From the NCBI GenBank assembly GCA_900617105.1, contig UYFQ01000789.1, forward strand, positions 1 through 35,716: DNA of 35,716 nucleotides, written 5' to 3'. The notes under the pieces were generated by a model that was given only the letters and a program-made list of their open reading frames with translations, was not told the DNA's origin and did not search any database. This DNA is from Hydrurus foetidus. Lineage: Eukaryota. Shown here one piece after another: positions 1 through 11,059 of this stretch; position 1 is the stretch's first letter; every line of letters begins with the position of its first letter. A program made the translations under genes and the position numbers.

Positions 1-211
1 TCGCGGTTCGAACCCCCGACATCGAAGAGGGGTTTTTGGCTATTAGGGTAGTAGGGTTGTCGACCGTAAGGTGAATGCCCCGATCCACCGTTGTTGAGTG
101 TGGATTGTCAGATGGGGGACGCCCAACCATAGGGTCTTCGGCAACTGAGCACGTCAACAAGGCGGTCGGGAAAGGTGCGCATTTTGCTGAGTGAAGTTTT
201 AATAACTTTTG

Positions 212-2434
212 CTATTGAGCCGACCATTCAGCTGCTCGGGCAGCTGACGAGGAGAGATGGGTTGAGAAAGAAGCTGGAGGTGTGTGCACTAGGAGTGGCA
301 TAAGTGATTGGTGCGCGTGAACCGGAAGCGGCTTTGTAAAAAAGTCTGCAAGGTTGTCGGCGCCCTGGCGCCAAGCAACAATGAATTGCCGCTGTTGAAT
401 GCGATCTCGTATCCAGTGATATCGCATGTCGATGCTTTTAGTACGTTTTGGTTTGATGGTGTCCAACGCGATCCCGACGGCGCATTTATTGTCACAGAGA
501 ATAATTGTTGGAGGTTGGGGATACCCTAAAGAAGACAATATATTGCGTAAGCAAACTCCTTCTTGCCCAGCCTGGAATAAAGCGGCATATTCTGCTTCTG
601 CGACTGAGGAGACAACGGACGGAATTATAGAGCTGAATACATTTATGCAGCCGTTGATTTGTGTTGGTTGTTGAGCGTTGCCTAAGTAGAATATGGCCCC
701 TGCAACAGAACGAGATCCAGGACGAGATAAATATGAGGCGTCTGACTGCAGGATCATATCGCATGCATGGTAACGTAGAGCGTTATTAGGATAGCGTGCA
801 CAGTATGCTAGTAATCGGTGCGCTGCCATAAGCACGTCTTGTGTCGGTTGGGATTGTAATGACGACAAGTGTGTAACGGCAGGTAGAATTGTGATGTCGA
901 CACCTCTGGCATAATAAAGGAGACTACCCACGATTTCCTGCAGGGTAGTAGTTTCGGTGGGCGAAAGACGTGTACTGGTGTCTATGTGTGGTGTCTGTTG
1001 TCCGACACCGTACGTGGGTGGAATGTACACGGCTGGAGAGTTGGCACCAGCTTTAAGAAGTGGAGCGAAACGCTGTAATACTTTCAAAATATATCCTGGC
1101 ATACTGAGTGTGACCGTACGTTGACTGTAATCGAAGGCTATGGCGAATCCAAGATATTTCGATCCTTTCCAGTCGATAGTGATGGAATACAATGTTTGCA
1201 GCGTGTGAATGAGATGATTAACGCCGCTGAGAGTGGTGTATTTGACACCAAAATCGTCGACTACAAGAGAAAACACTGTTCCATTAGCCACGTGTCGAAA
1301 GAGACAGGTGGTGTCAGTTTGATGGTAACCTGCTGATGCCAGGTGGGTGATGAGCCTTTGTTGTGCTAGAAGCCCTGCTTGAGGTAGGCCATACATTCCT
1401 TTGTTGACTTGGAAGAGAAGTGCATTGTTGCGAATATATTGCTGAAGGTTATGCGACTGGATTACTGTAGGTGGAAGAAATTTTGCCGCGATGCGAAGGT
1501 ATTCTGGACGCGTCAGTGGAGTGTTCAAATAGTAATCTTTGATGTCGATGGTAAGCCACTTAGATTCGTCAGATATAACTGACTGAAGAAGAATTTTTAC
1601 CAATGGCATGGCAGCTGTTCGAGCTGTTGTCGGGCCAGGATAATGTATGCGATCGCCACCAATTGTGCCCCTAATGCGATAGGTGCGTTCACCTGCAGCC
1701 GTTTCTTTTTCTTTCGTTTGCGGATTATAATATGTTGTGTCCTTACGACGCTCGATAGGTTGCTCATCGAGGAAGAAGGGTCGAATCGTGGCAGTGGCTA
1801 AGAGCCTGTCAAGCTCTTCCGATTCGGCTTGTTCCCATCGGAGTGCGTTGGGGCCAGCTTTGGCGGAGGCGTAGCGTAATGGTTGACCGTGATCGTCCAG
1901 GTTGAGAGTGTTGCTGGCTGCTGGACTTTGAGGAGGGAAAGTGACTGGTGAAGCCAGCTGTGCAGGAAGCGGTACTGATGGACGCCGAGGAACATTACTG
2001 TTTATACGGGTATTTGGGCCAGTGTAATGAGTCGGAGTGCTGAGGGGCGACTGCATGACGGGTGGTGTCGGTATTCTCGGAGGCAGAGGGAGTTCTAACA
2101 CCCTCTGATCTGCGTACGGGGTATGAGGAATGACAGTAATGCACATCGGCGAAACGTTTTGTTCTTGCGGAGAGTTCAGTAGAGCGCGAGGAAGGGCTGC
2201 TGTGGTGTCTGCTTGTGGAGTAAAGGGAGCTGACAACGCAGGTGTATTTACTGCCGAAGGCAAAGGTGCATCCAAGGTCCCACCCACGGTCCCACCCAAG
2301 GTATCGACCTGGTTTATGCTGATTTGATTTTTTTGATTCAGCTGAGTCTTTAGTTTGGGTTCGAGTGGGGTCGGTGTCGGTGGTACCAGGGATAATGGTA
2401 CCCATGATGCCAGCGAGATCGGTGATAAGGGCAT
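212..2434 (-). CDS. pol: Copia A pol, reverse transcriptase-RNase H part (frameshifted relative to the integrase part near 2370-2430)
   Basis: Motifs RIRGTIGGDRI, IDIKDYYL, KGMYGLPQAG, VVDDFGVKY (RT); SDASY, SVAEAEY, CDN, KSIDMRYHWIRD, NLADFFTK (Copia RNase H). Confidence 0.93.
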   Translation of the reverse strand: MPLSPISLASWVPLSLVPPTPTPLEPKLKTQLNQKNQISINQVDTLGGTVGGTLDAPLPSAVNTPALSAPFTPQADTTAALPRALLNSPQEQNVSPMCITVIPHTPYADQRVLELPLPPRIPTPPVMQSPLSTPTHYTGPNTRINSNVPRRPSVPLPAQLASPVTFPPQSPAASNTLNLDDHGQPLRYASAKAGPNALRWEQAESEELDRLLATATIRPFFLDEQPIERRKDTTYYNPQTKEKETAAGERTYRIRGTIGGDRIHYPGPTTARTAAMPLVKILLQSVISDESKWLTIDIKDYYLNTPLTRPEYLRIAAKFLPPTVIQSHNLQQYIRNNALLFQVNKGMYGLPQAGLLAQQRLITHLASAGYHQTDTTCLFRHVANGTVFSLVVDDFGVKYTTLSGVNHLIHTLQTLYSITIDWKGSKYLGFAIAFDYSQRTVTLSMPGYILKVLQRFAPLLKAGANSPAVYIPPTYGVGQQTPHIDTSTRLSPTETTTLQEIVGSLLYYARGVDITILPAVTHLSSLQSQPTQDVLMAAHRLLAYCARYPNNALRYHACDMILQSDASYLSRPGSRSVAGAIFYLGNAQQPTQINGCINVFSSIIPSVVSSVAEAEYAALFQAGQEGVCLRNILSSLGYPQPPTIILCDNKCAVGIALDTIKPKRTKSIDMRYHWIRDRIQQRQFIVAWRQGADNLADFFTKPLPVHAHQSLMPLLVHTPPASFSTHLSSSAARAAEWSAQ

Positions 2435-4034
2435 TAACAGTAGAGACTCCGGGCTGCGACGTGGTGCGAAGTTGTGGGTGCAGTAAGGTAAACTGTGTAA
2501 GTACTATTTTAAGCATCATGATGGCAGCAAGCAAATTTTCGTGAGGGCTTGGTCCTGGGACTACGAACCCATGAGGGAACCACGCTAATGTGTCGGATAT
2601 GCGAGTGGCCTTGGTGGTGGATGACCAAACGCGGTAGGACCGGTAGTGCTGTAGCGCGGGGCCGAGGTAGTATCCGGGGACTCCATGCGGCGCCCAGGAG
2701 GAGCGAACACTGGGTTTGTCGTGAATGAGGATGCGAGTCCCAGCTGGGGCGATGGGATGCCGGGCGAAGTCTAACGCTCCGCCATGAAGCCCTGCGTACG
2801 CTGAAACCGACGGGTTGGGGCTATAGGGTAGCAGATGGTTGAGGCTTAGTTCTGCCTGAGGCAGTAGTTCGTCCCAAAGCGTCATTGAAAACTCTGGTGC
2901 AGCAGTGCATAGGGTGGCGATAAAGTGATTCTTTAGAGTGCGAATCGCGCGCTCTGCTTTCAGTGAGCGGTGTGTGTGAGGCGGGCAATACTGAATGCTG
3001 ATGTTGTTCGTATTTGCGAAGGCTTCTAAAGGACCAGATGTTTCATTGTCCAAACGTTGAAAGGCGGGTCGGCGGCCACGCTGAGCGAAAAAGTTTAGGG
3101 TCTTTTTGTATGCTGTGACGTACTCTGTGTGATGCCTTGTTTTCATCGTTTCAACATGGATGTAACCGTCTAAGACTGACACAAGTATGTATTGAGAACC
3201 ATTGTGTGATGGTACTGGAAACCGACCGGTGAGGTCGGAATGTAAAGTGTCAGACAGAAGGACAACTCGTGTGTAAGCGGTGAGCTGTGTGGGGGCGTCA
3301 GTGGGCACAAGGTCCTCATCGGTGTCGTTTGTGTTGAAGATGGTGACGGGAATCTGAGTTGAGTTTTGTCCTTGACGATGTTGATCCAAATGCCCTTGAG
3401 CTGTGGCGATGCTATTTGGCGGATGAGCAGTTATCATTAGTGATGTTAGACGCGGATAAGAGTCGAGATAGCCCCGACGGACAGCTTTCGTCAATGTAGT
3501 GATAGAGGGGCTACCGAAGGCAGCATGTGTAAACTTTACAAATTCGGCGTCCGATGGCAAGGCATAAGCGGCATGTGCTGCAGGGCAGGATGCAGTTGCA
3601 AGAGGCAAGGTTGGTAGCGTCCAAAGGTTATCATTGATCGATTTTAGACCATAGAGGACTGGAAGATTGTTGTATGTGACTGTGACATCTTTAGCCGAGA
3701 AAGTGGCGACACAGCCTATCGGACAAAGTTGCGCGATAGATAAAAGAGACGTGTTAAGGACATCGTCCATGAAGATATGGCACTGTACTGAGTGTGGAAG
3801 GTTAGGAAAGTCGAGTTCGCATGAACCAATCGACGAAATTGTAGTTCCGTTGGGGAGTAACACATGAAGGCTGGGGCATAGACTAGTGAGGTATGGTGCA
3901 TCAGTTTTGCGAAGCAAGGTGTGCGTTGACCCGGTGTCGGCACAAAAAGAAGGAAGGACGGTGGGGAAAGATTGTTGTGTTATATTACACCGTGCGGGAA
4001 TAGAACATGAACAGTGCCCGACCGTCCCTAAAGG
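1995..4034 (-). CDS. pol: Copia A pol, protease-integrase part (frame is open from 4034, directly after the gag UGA)
   Basis: Reading 39 codons upstream of the ORF-track start gives ...PSFCADTGSTHTLLRK (aspartic protease DTG). Integrase HSDLTGRFP, RLDNE, AERAIRTLKNHF. The last ~125 aa are probably off-frame. Confidence 0.88.
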   Translation of the reverse strand, partial: PLGTVGHCSCSIPARCNITQQSFPTVLPSFCADTGSTHTLLRKTDAPYLTSLCPSLHVLLPNGTTISSIGSCELDFPNLPHSVQCHIFMDDVLNTSLLSIAQLCPIGCVATFSAKDVTVTYNNLPVLYGLKSINDNLWTLPTLPLATASCPAAHAAYALPSDAEFVKFTHAAFGSPSITTLTKAVRRGYLDSYPRLTSLMITAHPPNSIATAQGHLDQHRQGQNSTQIPVTIFNTNDTDEDLVPTDAPTQLTAYTRVVLLSDTLHSDLTGRFPVPSHNGSQYILVSVLDGYIHVETMKTRHHTEYVTAYKKTLNFFAQRGRRPAFQRLDNETSGPLEAFANTNNISIQYCPPHTHRSLKAERAIRTLKNHFIATLCTAAPEFSMTLWDELLPQAELSLNHLLPYSPNPSVSAYAGLHGGALDFARHPIAPAGTRILIHDKPSVRSSWAPHGVPGYYLGPALQHYRSYRVWSSTTKATRISDTLAWFPHGFVVPGPSPHENLLAAIMMLKIVLTQFTLLHPQLRTTSQPGVSTVNALITDLAGIMGTIIPGTTDTDPTRTQTKDSAESKKSNQHKPGRYLGWDRGWDLGCTFAFGSKYTCVVSSLYSTSRHHSSPSSRSTELSARTKRFADVHYCHSSYPVRRSEGVRTPSASENTDTTRHAVAPQHSDSLHWPKYPYKQ

Positions 4035-4301
4035 TCAGAGTCGGTTGACTGATGCCCCTTGTATGGTGTTGTGATCTGCGGCGGCGCGTTTGGCGGCGGA
4101 AAATTCATTTGTAGACATGTGTCTACAGTCAGCGCTGCGATGGCTGTCGTATCCATGATGGAAACAGTAGAGACGGTCGGTGGCTGGGGTAGCTGGGGTT
4201 CGCTTCGTAGCTGCATTGCGCGTACGCGGAACACGAGGATTTGACGGAGTGGCTGCTTTCACAGCAGCTGTGATGAGGGCAGCAAATGCCGGTGAGTGCA
4301 A
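4035..4301 (-). CDS. gag: Copia A gag, C-terminal fragment
   Basis: Zinc-knuckle-like YCFHHGYDSHRSADC. Joins in frame to 11060-11881 when the Gypsy element and one TSD copy are removed. Ends in TGA. Confidence 0.85.
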   Translation of the reverse strand: MHSPAFAALITAAVKAATPSNPRVPRTRNAATKRTPATPATDRLYCFHHGYDSHRSADCRHMSTNEFSAAKRAAADHNTIQGASVNRL

Positions 4302-4305
4302 TAGG

Positions 4306-4510
4306 TGTGGTCGGACCGGCTATACCGGGCCTACGGGCCGTACCGGACCTTGTCCCGATCCATCCGATCCTACCGCCTACTGTACACATACATCTCTAGC
4401 GCAGCTGCTAGCTAGCTCTAGCCTACTCGTAGAAGTTATCCTAGCTTCTAGCTTAGACCTGTAACTAACTAACACCTTCCTCTATCGACCTACTTCCTAT
4501 CCGGACTACA
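4306..4510 (+). repeat. Gypsy 5' LTR (205 bp)
   Basis: TGTGGTCGGA...CCGGACTACA; direct repeat of 10853-11059 with about three differences by eye. Confidence 0.95.
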
Positions 4511-5070
4511 ATAGCGCTATTAGTCCACTCTTTTCTCTGCTACCTCTCATTCCGTCTACTCGTCCCAACCTGTAGATAAGACTTCTGAGCGTTTGCTCAA
4601 CGACTTTCGAGCCGTTCTCTTCTGCAGCCATTGGCTCAGAAGACCTAGTCTAAGTTAGAGAAAGTCAGAGTAACTGCTTTCTTGGAATCCCCGTGCATTG
4701 GGCTCTTCCAAACTTGACATTTTGGTCGAAGTTGATTTATCCTTCCCAGAAGTCATTTTAGACTTGCTCCGCTGGTCGATCGAATCACAGATTCATCACC
4801 AGAGACATAAGATTAGTCTATAGACTTCTTTTGTCGACGTTGAGCAACGTCTTTGACCTTAACAGGCACCCAATTTTTCTACCACTCTAAATTTGGCTTT
4901 CACGCCATAGAACTTTTCAGTTCAAGAGTTGGGTAGAATTGCTTCATTCGTTGTTACTGACGTTACAGTACCCGTTTGTGAACGAGGCGAAGCTCTTGAA
5001 AATTTTTCTGAGCAGGGGTTATCGATCTCCATTGACTTTCAGTGAGATTTACATCGATAAGTGATTAGAC

Positions 5071-6523
5071 ATGTCATCACCACCTAACCCAAACCCTGAT
5101 CCGAATCCGGACGAAGAGGAGATTGCACGTCTGGCAGCTTTAGCCGCGCTCAACGAGTCGACTATCTCAATGTCGAACTCGCTGTTCCCAGCTTTCCCTC
5201 GACGATGCAACTCCAGGGTGAGGTGTTCGTCCTCAGGCATAACTTCATTGATGAAGCTGATGCGACTGAGTTCTACGAACAGGCTCAGAGGTACCCGTTG
5301 ATGAAGCTGACCGATTGCATGCAGAAGCAGGCAATCGAGTTACTAATTTCAGGATCATGATCGATCCTGAATTTAACATCATCGATAGACGACAACGCCA
5401 TGATTGGCAGACTAAATTGTCGGTACTTCAGGTAGCCAAACTGATAATAAAGTACTTCTCTCCAAATGGTTTGGGAGAATGTACTCTGGCAGAGAGCTTT
5501 AGCCAAGTTCCCTTCCATTATCAGATCGCTAACCACGATCATGAGAATGCCACATTCGTACGTTACAACGAACTTGTGAGCACTTATGAGAGGTCTAAGG
5601 GACCATTATCAGAGACTCAGCATGCTGAGCTCATATTGATATTGGAGAAGCGCCTAGCCAAGGGTAGTCAAATCCAACAGGATTACCTGAAAGCGAAAGC
5701 TGCTGACAATTCCCCACCTCATACGTGGTATTCGACTATGCTACGCATTGGTCAGGTTCTTGCCGAGGCTAGGGCAATGATGAACCTCATCAAAAGCTAT
5801 GGCAACCCGGACACGGTGTACTCGTTTCCTGCATCAGCAGTTCCACCAGACGTTGGTAAGAGGGAGACGAGTAGAGCGAGTGCTAAAGCACCCTCACCTA
5901 CACCATCCGCTTCGTCGAGATCAGTCACTGCTACTGTGCGTACTCCTAGCTCGTACGTTCCGACGCAGCACGGACTCTCTGTCCGTGCTTCCACGGAAGT
6001 ACCGCTCGTACCGATGTTTCGTCCGTGCCGGTCGTGCGGAGCTACGTCGCACAATTTGGCGGACTGCCCCATACTGTATTACTCCGACTCCAACACGAAT
6101 CACCAAGTTGAGTGGGAGAGTTCTACAGTGGGGATGGCTTGGGCCGCGGTGGGGTACTCTGAATGGCAACTGAACCTCGTCCTTCCGGGATACGAGGAAC
6201 GAGTTCAGTTCTACCCCAGAGGTTCTAAACCTTACTTGATGTGTAACGACAACAAGCGCGCCAAGAACAGCCATGGTTCTGGAAACAACTCCAACACCTC
6301 GGATGGTTCAGATCGTTCCAACCAGGGTCAAGGAGGAAACTCCCAGAACCAATCTGGTTATGGTAACCAGGGTAACCAGGGGGTGGTAGAGGTAAGCAAA
6401 GGGGCCATCAAAACCCCAATGCGAACCAATACCAGGGCCGTGGGTCCGGCGGTAAGGGTAAATACAACCCCCGCAGGGACACAACCCTCCTCCCAACACT
6501 CAGCCGGGACAACACCAGGGTAA
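5071..6523 (+). CDS. gag: Gypsy gag (broken by apparent single-base frameshifts)
   Basis: ATG at 5071. CCHC knuckle CRSCGATSHNLADC and G/N/Q-rich tail. Located between the 5' LTR and protease. Confidence 0.75.
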
Positions 6524-6542
6524 GAACCTTGCCCATGACTGT

Positions 6543-7397
6543 GTGGCTGCCACATTCGATGATGATGTCTTTAATCTGACTGATGATCATCTCGAAGTGC
6601 AGCCACTTGTACCTATTCGTGAAGAATTTTTACATACCCCTTCCATCCTCGCTTCTCACCACCTTAACGTTACGGTTATTGTGCAGGATAAGGACAGGAC
6701 AGGCCCAGCTAGCGAGCTGCGCGCCGCGGGAAAGGCCGTAATGGATACGGCCAATTACTCAGACAATTTTATTTCATATGACATGATTGAAAAATTAAAT
6801 GCTACTCACTTATGTTATCCTGCTCTTAAAGCCATAACTGTTTGCAGCGGTCTCGATGGCCAATGCTATCTAAATAACGAAATTTGCGATTTAAAAATCC
6901 TTTTTCATTCTTACGATGGTGAATGCCATAGCATCAGCCTACCCATGAGGGTCAATCGGAAAACCGACATCGACATTTTATTTAGCCGTGAAACGGTAAA
7001 TAAGTATGATTTTTGGACGTTAACTCCGTTTGCATTCGGCATTTCTCCTGAGCTAAGTGCTGAGAATAAGAGAAAGAGCGATGCTCGCAGACGCGAATTC
7101 GAAAGAAAAGAAGCTTTGGATAAACTCGATCCGTTGTTTCAACACAAATATACGCGTCGTATGATAGCGTTGGGTACCGAACCTGATACAGCCGTAGTCG
7201 AGTCTTTAACACCTCACTACGACAAGCTGAAATATCCAGGCGGTAAACCACCCTCTAAAAGAGAGAAACACACGGATCTTCCGAGTATCCAAACAAGAAG
7301 AGCATATTGCATGGTCAATCTTCTTCGAAGAGCAACGTCTCTTGTGTCCATACAATGTCGACATGTAACGATACTCAGATGGAGATCGAGGGAGTAG
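6543..7397 (+). CDS. pol: Gypsy aspartic protease region
   Basis: AVMDTANYSDNFIS (DTG-like active site) and DILFSRE flap-end motif, upstream of RT. Confidence 0.7.
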   Translation: MAATFDDDVFNLTDDHLEVQPLVPIREEFLHTPSILASHHLNVTVIVQDKDRTGPASELRAAGKAVMDTANYSDNFISYDMIEKLNATHLCYPALKAITVCSGLDGQCYLNNEICDLKILFHSYDGECHSISLPMRVNRKTDIDILFSRETVNKYDFWTLTPFAFGISPELSAENKRKSDARRREFERKEALDKLDPLFQHKYTRRMIALGTEPDTAVVESLTPHYDKLKYPGGKPPSKREKHTDLPSIQTRRAYCMVNLLRRATSLVSIQCRHVTILRWRSRE

Positions 7398-8549
7398 CTA
7401 CCCAAGATCCCTGTGGTGTTGTAGGTTGTGAGCGACTGAATAGTGTCACTACTATTCTCGCAAAACGTACGGGTGATACACCGCACCTAGGTGGCGACCA
7501 GATTCCCACCCCTACAAACACTTCTGAGGACTCTGATACCTTAGACTATGTCACTGAGCCTTTATGGCCCAGTGGTGTCGCACTCTCAGTTGACGAGATT
7601 GACGATGGCAAGATAGATACGTTTGCCCCCTTCTTGGCGGAGAAACCTAGTCAAGATGACTTGCCCAAAGGGCCAGAGGATTTCCTCAAAGAGATTACCT
7701 TTGAAGGAGATGAAAGCTTTCAAAGGAAGCTCCGAGAGCTCTGTTCTGAATATTCAGACATCTTCAGTGATCAATTAGCTGAGAAACCAGCGTCACTTAA
7801 ACCCTTTGAGATTAACATCCCACTTGAGTTGTGGGAAAAAGACGAAAACCGTACGCCGGTACGTCCCCAGTCATCAACAAAGAGGTTGCTCTCAAAGAAA
7901 ACCTTGACGAGATGCTTGCATCAGGGGTTATAGAGCGATCAGATGCCGCTTATTACAGTCATCCTGTAATAGTAACTAAGTCACCCGGTAAATTTCGAAC
8001 CTGCATCGATTACCGGCCACTTAATAGGTGTCTTAAGCCGGCCTCATTCCCGTTACCAAATATCAAACACCTCTTTGAGAGGATCGGTAATAAAAAACCG
8101 GATATTTTGGTGTGATGGATTTAACCGCTGGTTACCATCAAGCACCGTTACACCCCGCACACCGCATTTTACGGCATTCATATGCTTTGCGGGGGTATTT
8201 CAGTTTACGAGACTGCCCTTTGGTCCGTGTCGAGCCCCCTCTTACTTTCAAGAGCAGATGGTAACGGCGGTCCTCTATGGCCTTATCTATCATTGTTGCG
8301 AGATGTATCTCGACGATTGTATAGTATATGGCAAGGGTGAAGCAGAGTTTCTTACTAACTTGAAAAAAGTTTTTGCAAGATTTAGACTTAAGGGTCTAAG
8401 ACTCAAAGCTAAAAATGCCGTTTCGGCCTTCCACGTATTGAATACGTTGGCAGAGTCGTTGACAAAGATGGTTTATCCATGTCAAAAGAGAAGATAGAAA
8501 CAGTTTTAAACTTTTCTATACCTAAAAATTTAACCTTACTCAGGTCATT
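7307..8549 (+). CDS. pol: Gypsy reverse transcriptase (spread over three ORF-track frames)
   Basis: YSHPVIVTK, FRTCIDYRPLN, FPLPNI, RLPFG, YLDDCIVY. Confidence 0.9.
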
Positions 8550-10502
8550 TTGGGTTTAGCGAACTATTTTCGACAGTTTGTACCAATGCATTCCACTTTG
8601 GTTAAGCCAATGCAGGATATGATTGATCACTCTGCTCCGAGACGTTCTGCTGTAGTTTGGACTCAAAAGAGCACCAACTCATTTGTTGACACAAAGATTG
8701 CTATATCTCGTTGTCCATTAATGTACTTCATTGATGACAATAAGTTAGACATCCGCTTGTATACAGACGCATCCGACTTTGGTATCGGTGGAGTCTTATT
8801 CCAAGTTGTTGGTGCCATTTGGCAACCAATTGCTTTCATTAGCAAATCGTTGACACCCACACAAATAAGGTGGTCTACGATACAAAAAGAGGCTTATGCC
8901 ATCTTCTTTTGTTGTACACAACTCGATTATCTAATCAGAGATCGTACGTTCACTATCCATACGGATCATTTGAACATAACATATATGAAACAAAATCCTA
9001 CCTCAATGGTGGCGAGATGGTTCATTGCTATGCAAGAACTAGATTTTACCGTGGTATTCGTACCCGGTACTTCGAATGTTTTGGCAGACGCACTGTCAAG
9101 GCTTTGTCCTAATCTGACAGAAATTGCTCTGCCATTACGAACAGAAGAATTGGAATTACTTCCTACTTCATCATCGTCTTTCACTGTATCAGCTCTGACG
9201 GTCATAGAACCGGCTTCAGACGATCAGTTAGAATACATTCAAATGTGCCACAATGCAATTGTCGGTCACAACGGCGTAGACCGTACCCTTACTCGGTTGT
9301 TTAGTTTACAACAAGTATGGAAACACATGAAACAACATGTACGTACGTTCATACAGAACTGTCCGTGTTGTCAAAAGTTGAGTGCAAAAGATCCTAAGAT
9401 CAATGCGTCTCATTTTGCAACTTCAAATTATGCTATCTTCGATACGCTAAATGTTGACTATATTGGTCCATTTCCTGACAAAGGTTATATCCTAGTCATC
9501 ATCGATACATTCACACGATGGACAGAATTGTTCTGGTGTGCAGACGCAGATGCTAAATCAGCAGCTGACTGTTTGCTTGCGCATTTTGGTCGATTTGGAT
9601 CACCAAATATGATTAGATCTGATCGAGGATCACATTTCGCAAATGAATTGATCAAAGAATTCTTAGATCTTTGTGGAACACCACATAATCTCACCCTTGC
9701 TTACTCGAAACAAGAGAATGCAATTGTTGAAAGAGTCAACAAAGAGGTGAATAGACACTTAAGAGGTTTAGTTTTTGATAAACAAACCCTTGAGGGATAT
9801 GCTAAGTCAATCCCATTCGTGCAACGTATCATTAACGGTTCAGTTAATAGACGCACAGGTGTCTGTCCCGCTCATTTATTGTTCGGGAACAAACTTGATT
9901 TGAATCGTGGTATTCTCACTCCACACTTAAGTGTCGGAACACATTCAAGATCAACGTACATATCAGATTTGATAAGTGTACAAGACAAAGTACTTGAAAC
10001 TGCGGTTCAAACTTTGTTAAAAGCGGATGCTAAAAACGCCGCGTCAGCTGAATCAGCGACTGTGTTCCCCGTGGGGTCATATGTCTTATGCCGATACACT
10101 GATCGACCTCCAACTCGATTACATACTAAGTGGCATGGCCCTTACTGTATTGTCTCCTTTAAGGGGTCCGAGTACGTTCTCGCTAATCTTGTAAATCACA
10201 AGACACGAAGTGTTCACGTCAAAAATTTGAAAATATTCAATTATGACCCAGAGGTAGATATACCTGCTGACACTGCTCGTCGCGATTACATGGAGTTCGT
10301 GGTTGAGAAAGTTCTGGGTCACGCTGGTGACACCAAGAAACCGACTACAATGTCGTTCCATGTTAAATGGCTCAACTACGATGACTCTCATAATACATGG
10401 GAGCCGTGGAAATCACTACGGCTCTGTGAAGCACTCCATGATTATTTACGGGATAACAAAATGAAACATTTCATTCCCAGAAACATTGAGACATCAGCCT
10501 AA
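8550..10502 (+). CDS. pol: Gypsy RNase H-integrase-chromodomain
   Basis: YTDASDFGIGGVL, QKEAYAI, HTDH, ADALSR (RH); H-H-CC zinc finger, VDYIGP / SDRGSHF / VERVN (DDE); KWHGPY; chromodomain FVVEKVLGH...FHVKWLNYDDSHNTWEP. Confidence 0.95.
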   Translation: MGLANYFRQFVPMHSTLVKPMQDMIDHSAPRRSAVVWTQKSTNSFVDTKIAISRCPLMYFIDDNKLDIRLYTDASDFGIGGVLFQVVGAIWQPIAFISKSLTPTQIRWSTIQKEAYAIFFCCTQLDYLIRDRTFTIHTDHLNITYMKQNPTSMVARWFIAMQELDFTVVFVPGTSNVLADALSRLCPNLTEIALPLRTEELELLPTSSSSFTVSALTVIEPASDDQLEYIQMCHNAIVGHNGVDRTLTRLFSLQQVWKHMKQHVRTFIQNCPCCQKLSAKDPKINASHFATSNYAIFDTLNVDYIGPFPDKGYILVIIDTFTRWTELFWCADADAKSAADCLLAHFGRFGSPNMIRSDRGSHFANELIKEFLDLCGTPHNLTLAYSKQENAIVERVNKEVNRHLRGLVFDKQTLEGYAKSIPFVQRIINGSVNRRTGVCPAHLLFGNKLDLNRGILTPHLSVGTHSRSTYISDLISVQDKVLETAVQTLLKADAKNAASAESATVFPVGSYVLCRYTDRPPTRLHTKWHGPYCIVSFKGSEYVLANLVNHKTRSVHVKNLKIFNYDPEVDIPADTARRDYMEFVVEKVLGHAGDTKKPTTMSFHVKWLNYDDSHNTWEPWKSLRLCEALHDYLRDNKMKHFIPRNIETSA

Positions 10503-10829
10503 GTTGCTGATCTCGAACGTATTATCTTTTGAAGATTTTTCCTAATTTTTCCCTCTATGAGGTTTTTATGGTTTTAGTCAGTAAAAATCTGACATAATTA
10601 CGTATCGAGGTCTCGTGCGCAAGTACATGGTACTAGGCACCCACCTTATCGCCTCGACCGACCCACCACCAAGTCTATTTGTATAGGTTTTTATTTTTTA
10701 TTATACATTTCAATGTATTATTAGATTTACATATTTGTAATCTTTTTCTTTATTATTCCTTTAGTTAGTTTTAGCCTTATTAGATTTTTGTACAAAACGT
10801 GGTGGTCGCGTCATAGGTTCTTTTTCTTC

Positions 10830-10852
10830 AGAAAAAAGATAAGTGGGGGTGA
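10830..10852 (+). promoter_or_regulatory. Gypsy polypurine tract
   Basis: AGAAAAAAGATAAGTGGGGGTGA immediately before the 3' LTR. Confidence 0.85.
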
Positions 10853-11059
10853 TGTGGTCGGACCGGCTATACCGGGCCTACGGGCCGTACCGGACCTTGT
10901 CCCGATCCATCCGATCCTACCGCCTACTGTACACATACATCTCTAGCGCAGCTGCTAGCTAGCTCTAGCCTACTCGTAGAAGTTATCCTAGCTTCTAGCT
11001 TAGAGCCTGTAACTAACTAACACCTTTCCTCTATCGACCTATTTCCTATCCGGACTACA
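10853..11059 (+). repeat. Gypsy 3' LTR (207 bp)
   Basis: Direct repeat of 4306-4510, followed by TSD TAGG. Confidence 0.95.

Larger units (their letters stand above)
4306..11059 (+). mobile_element. Complete Ty3/Gypsy chromovirus-type LTR retrotransposon nested in Copia A gag
   Basis: Two ~205-bp TG...CA LTRs, TSD TAGG (4302-4305 / 11060-11063), order gag-PR-RT-RH-IN-chromodomain, PPT before the 3' LTR. Confidence 0.96.

Noticed and set aside
5..16. GGTTCGAACCC, B-box / tRNA T-loop-like motif
   Set aside because: At the window edge inside the Copia A 3' region; no cloverleaf can be verified.
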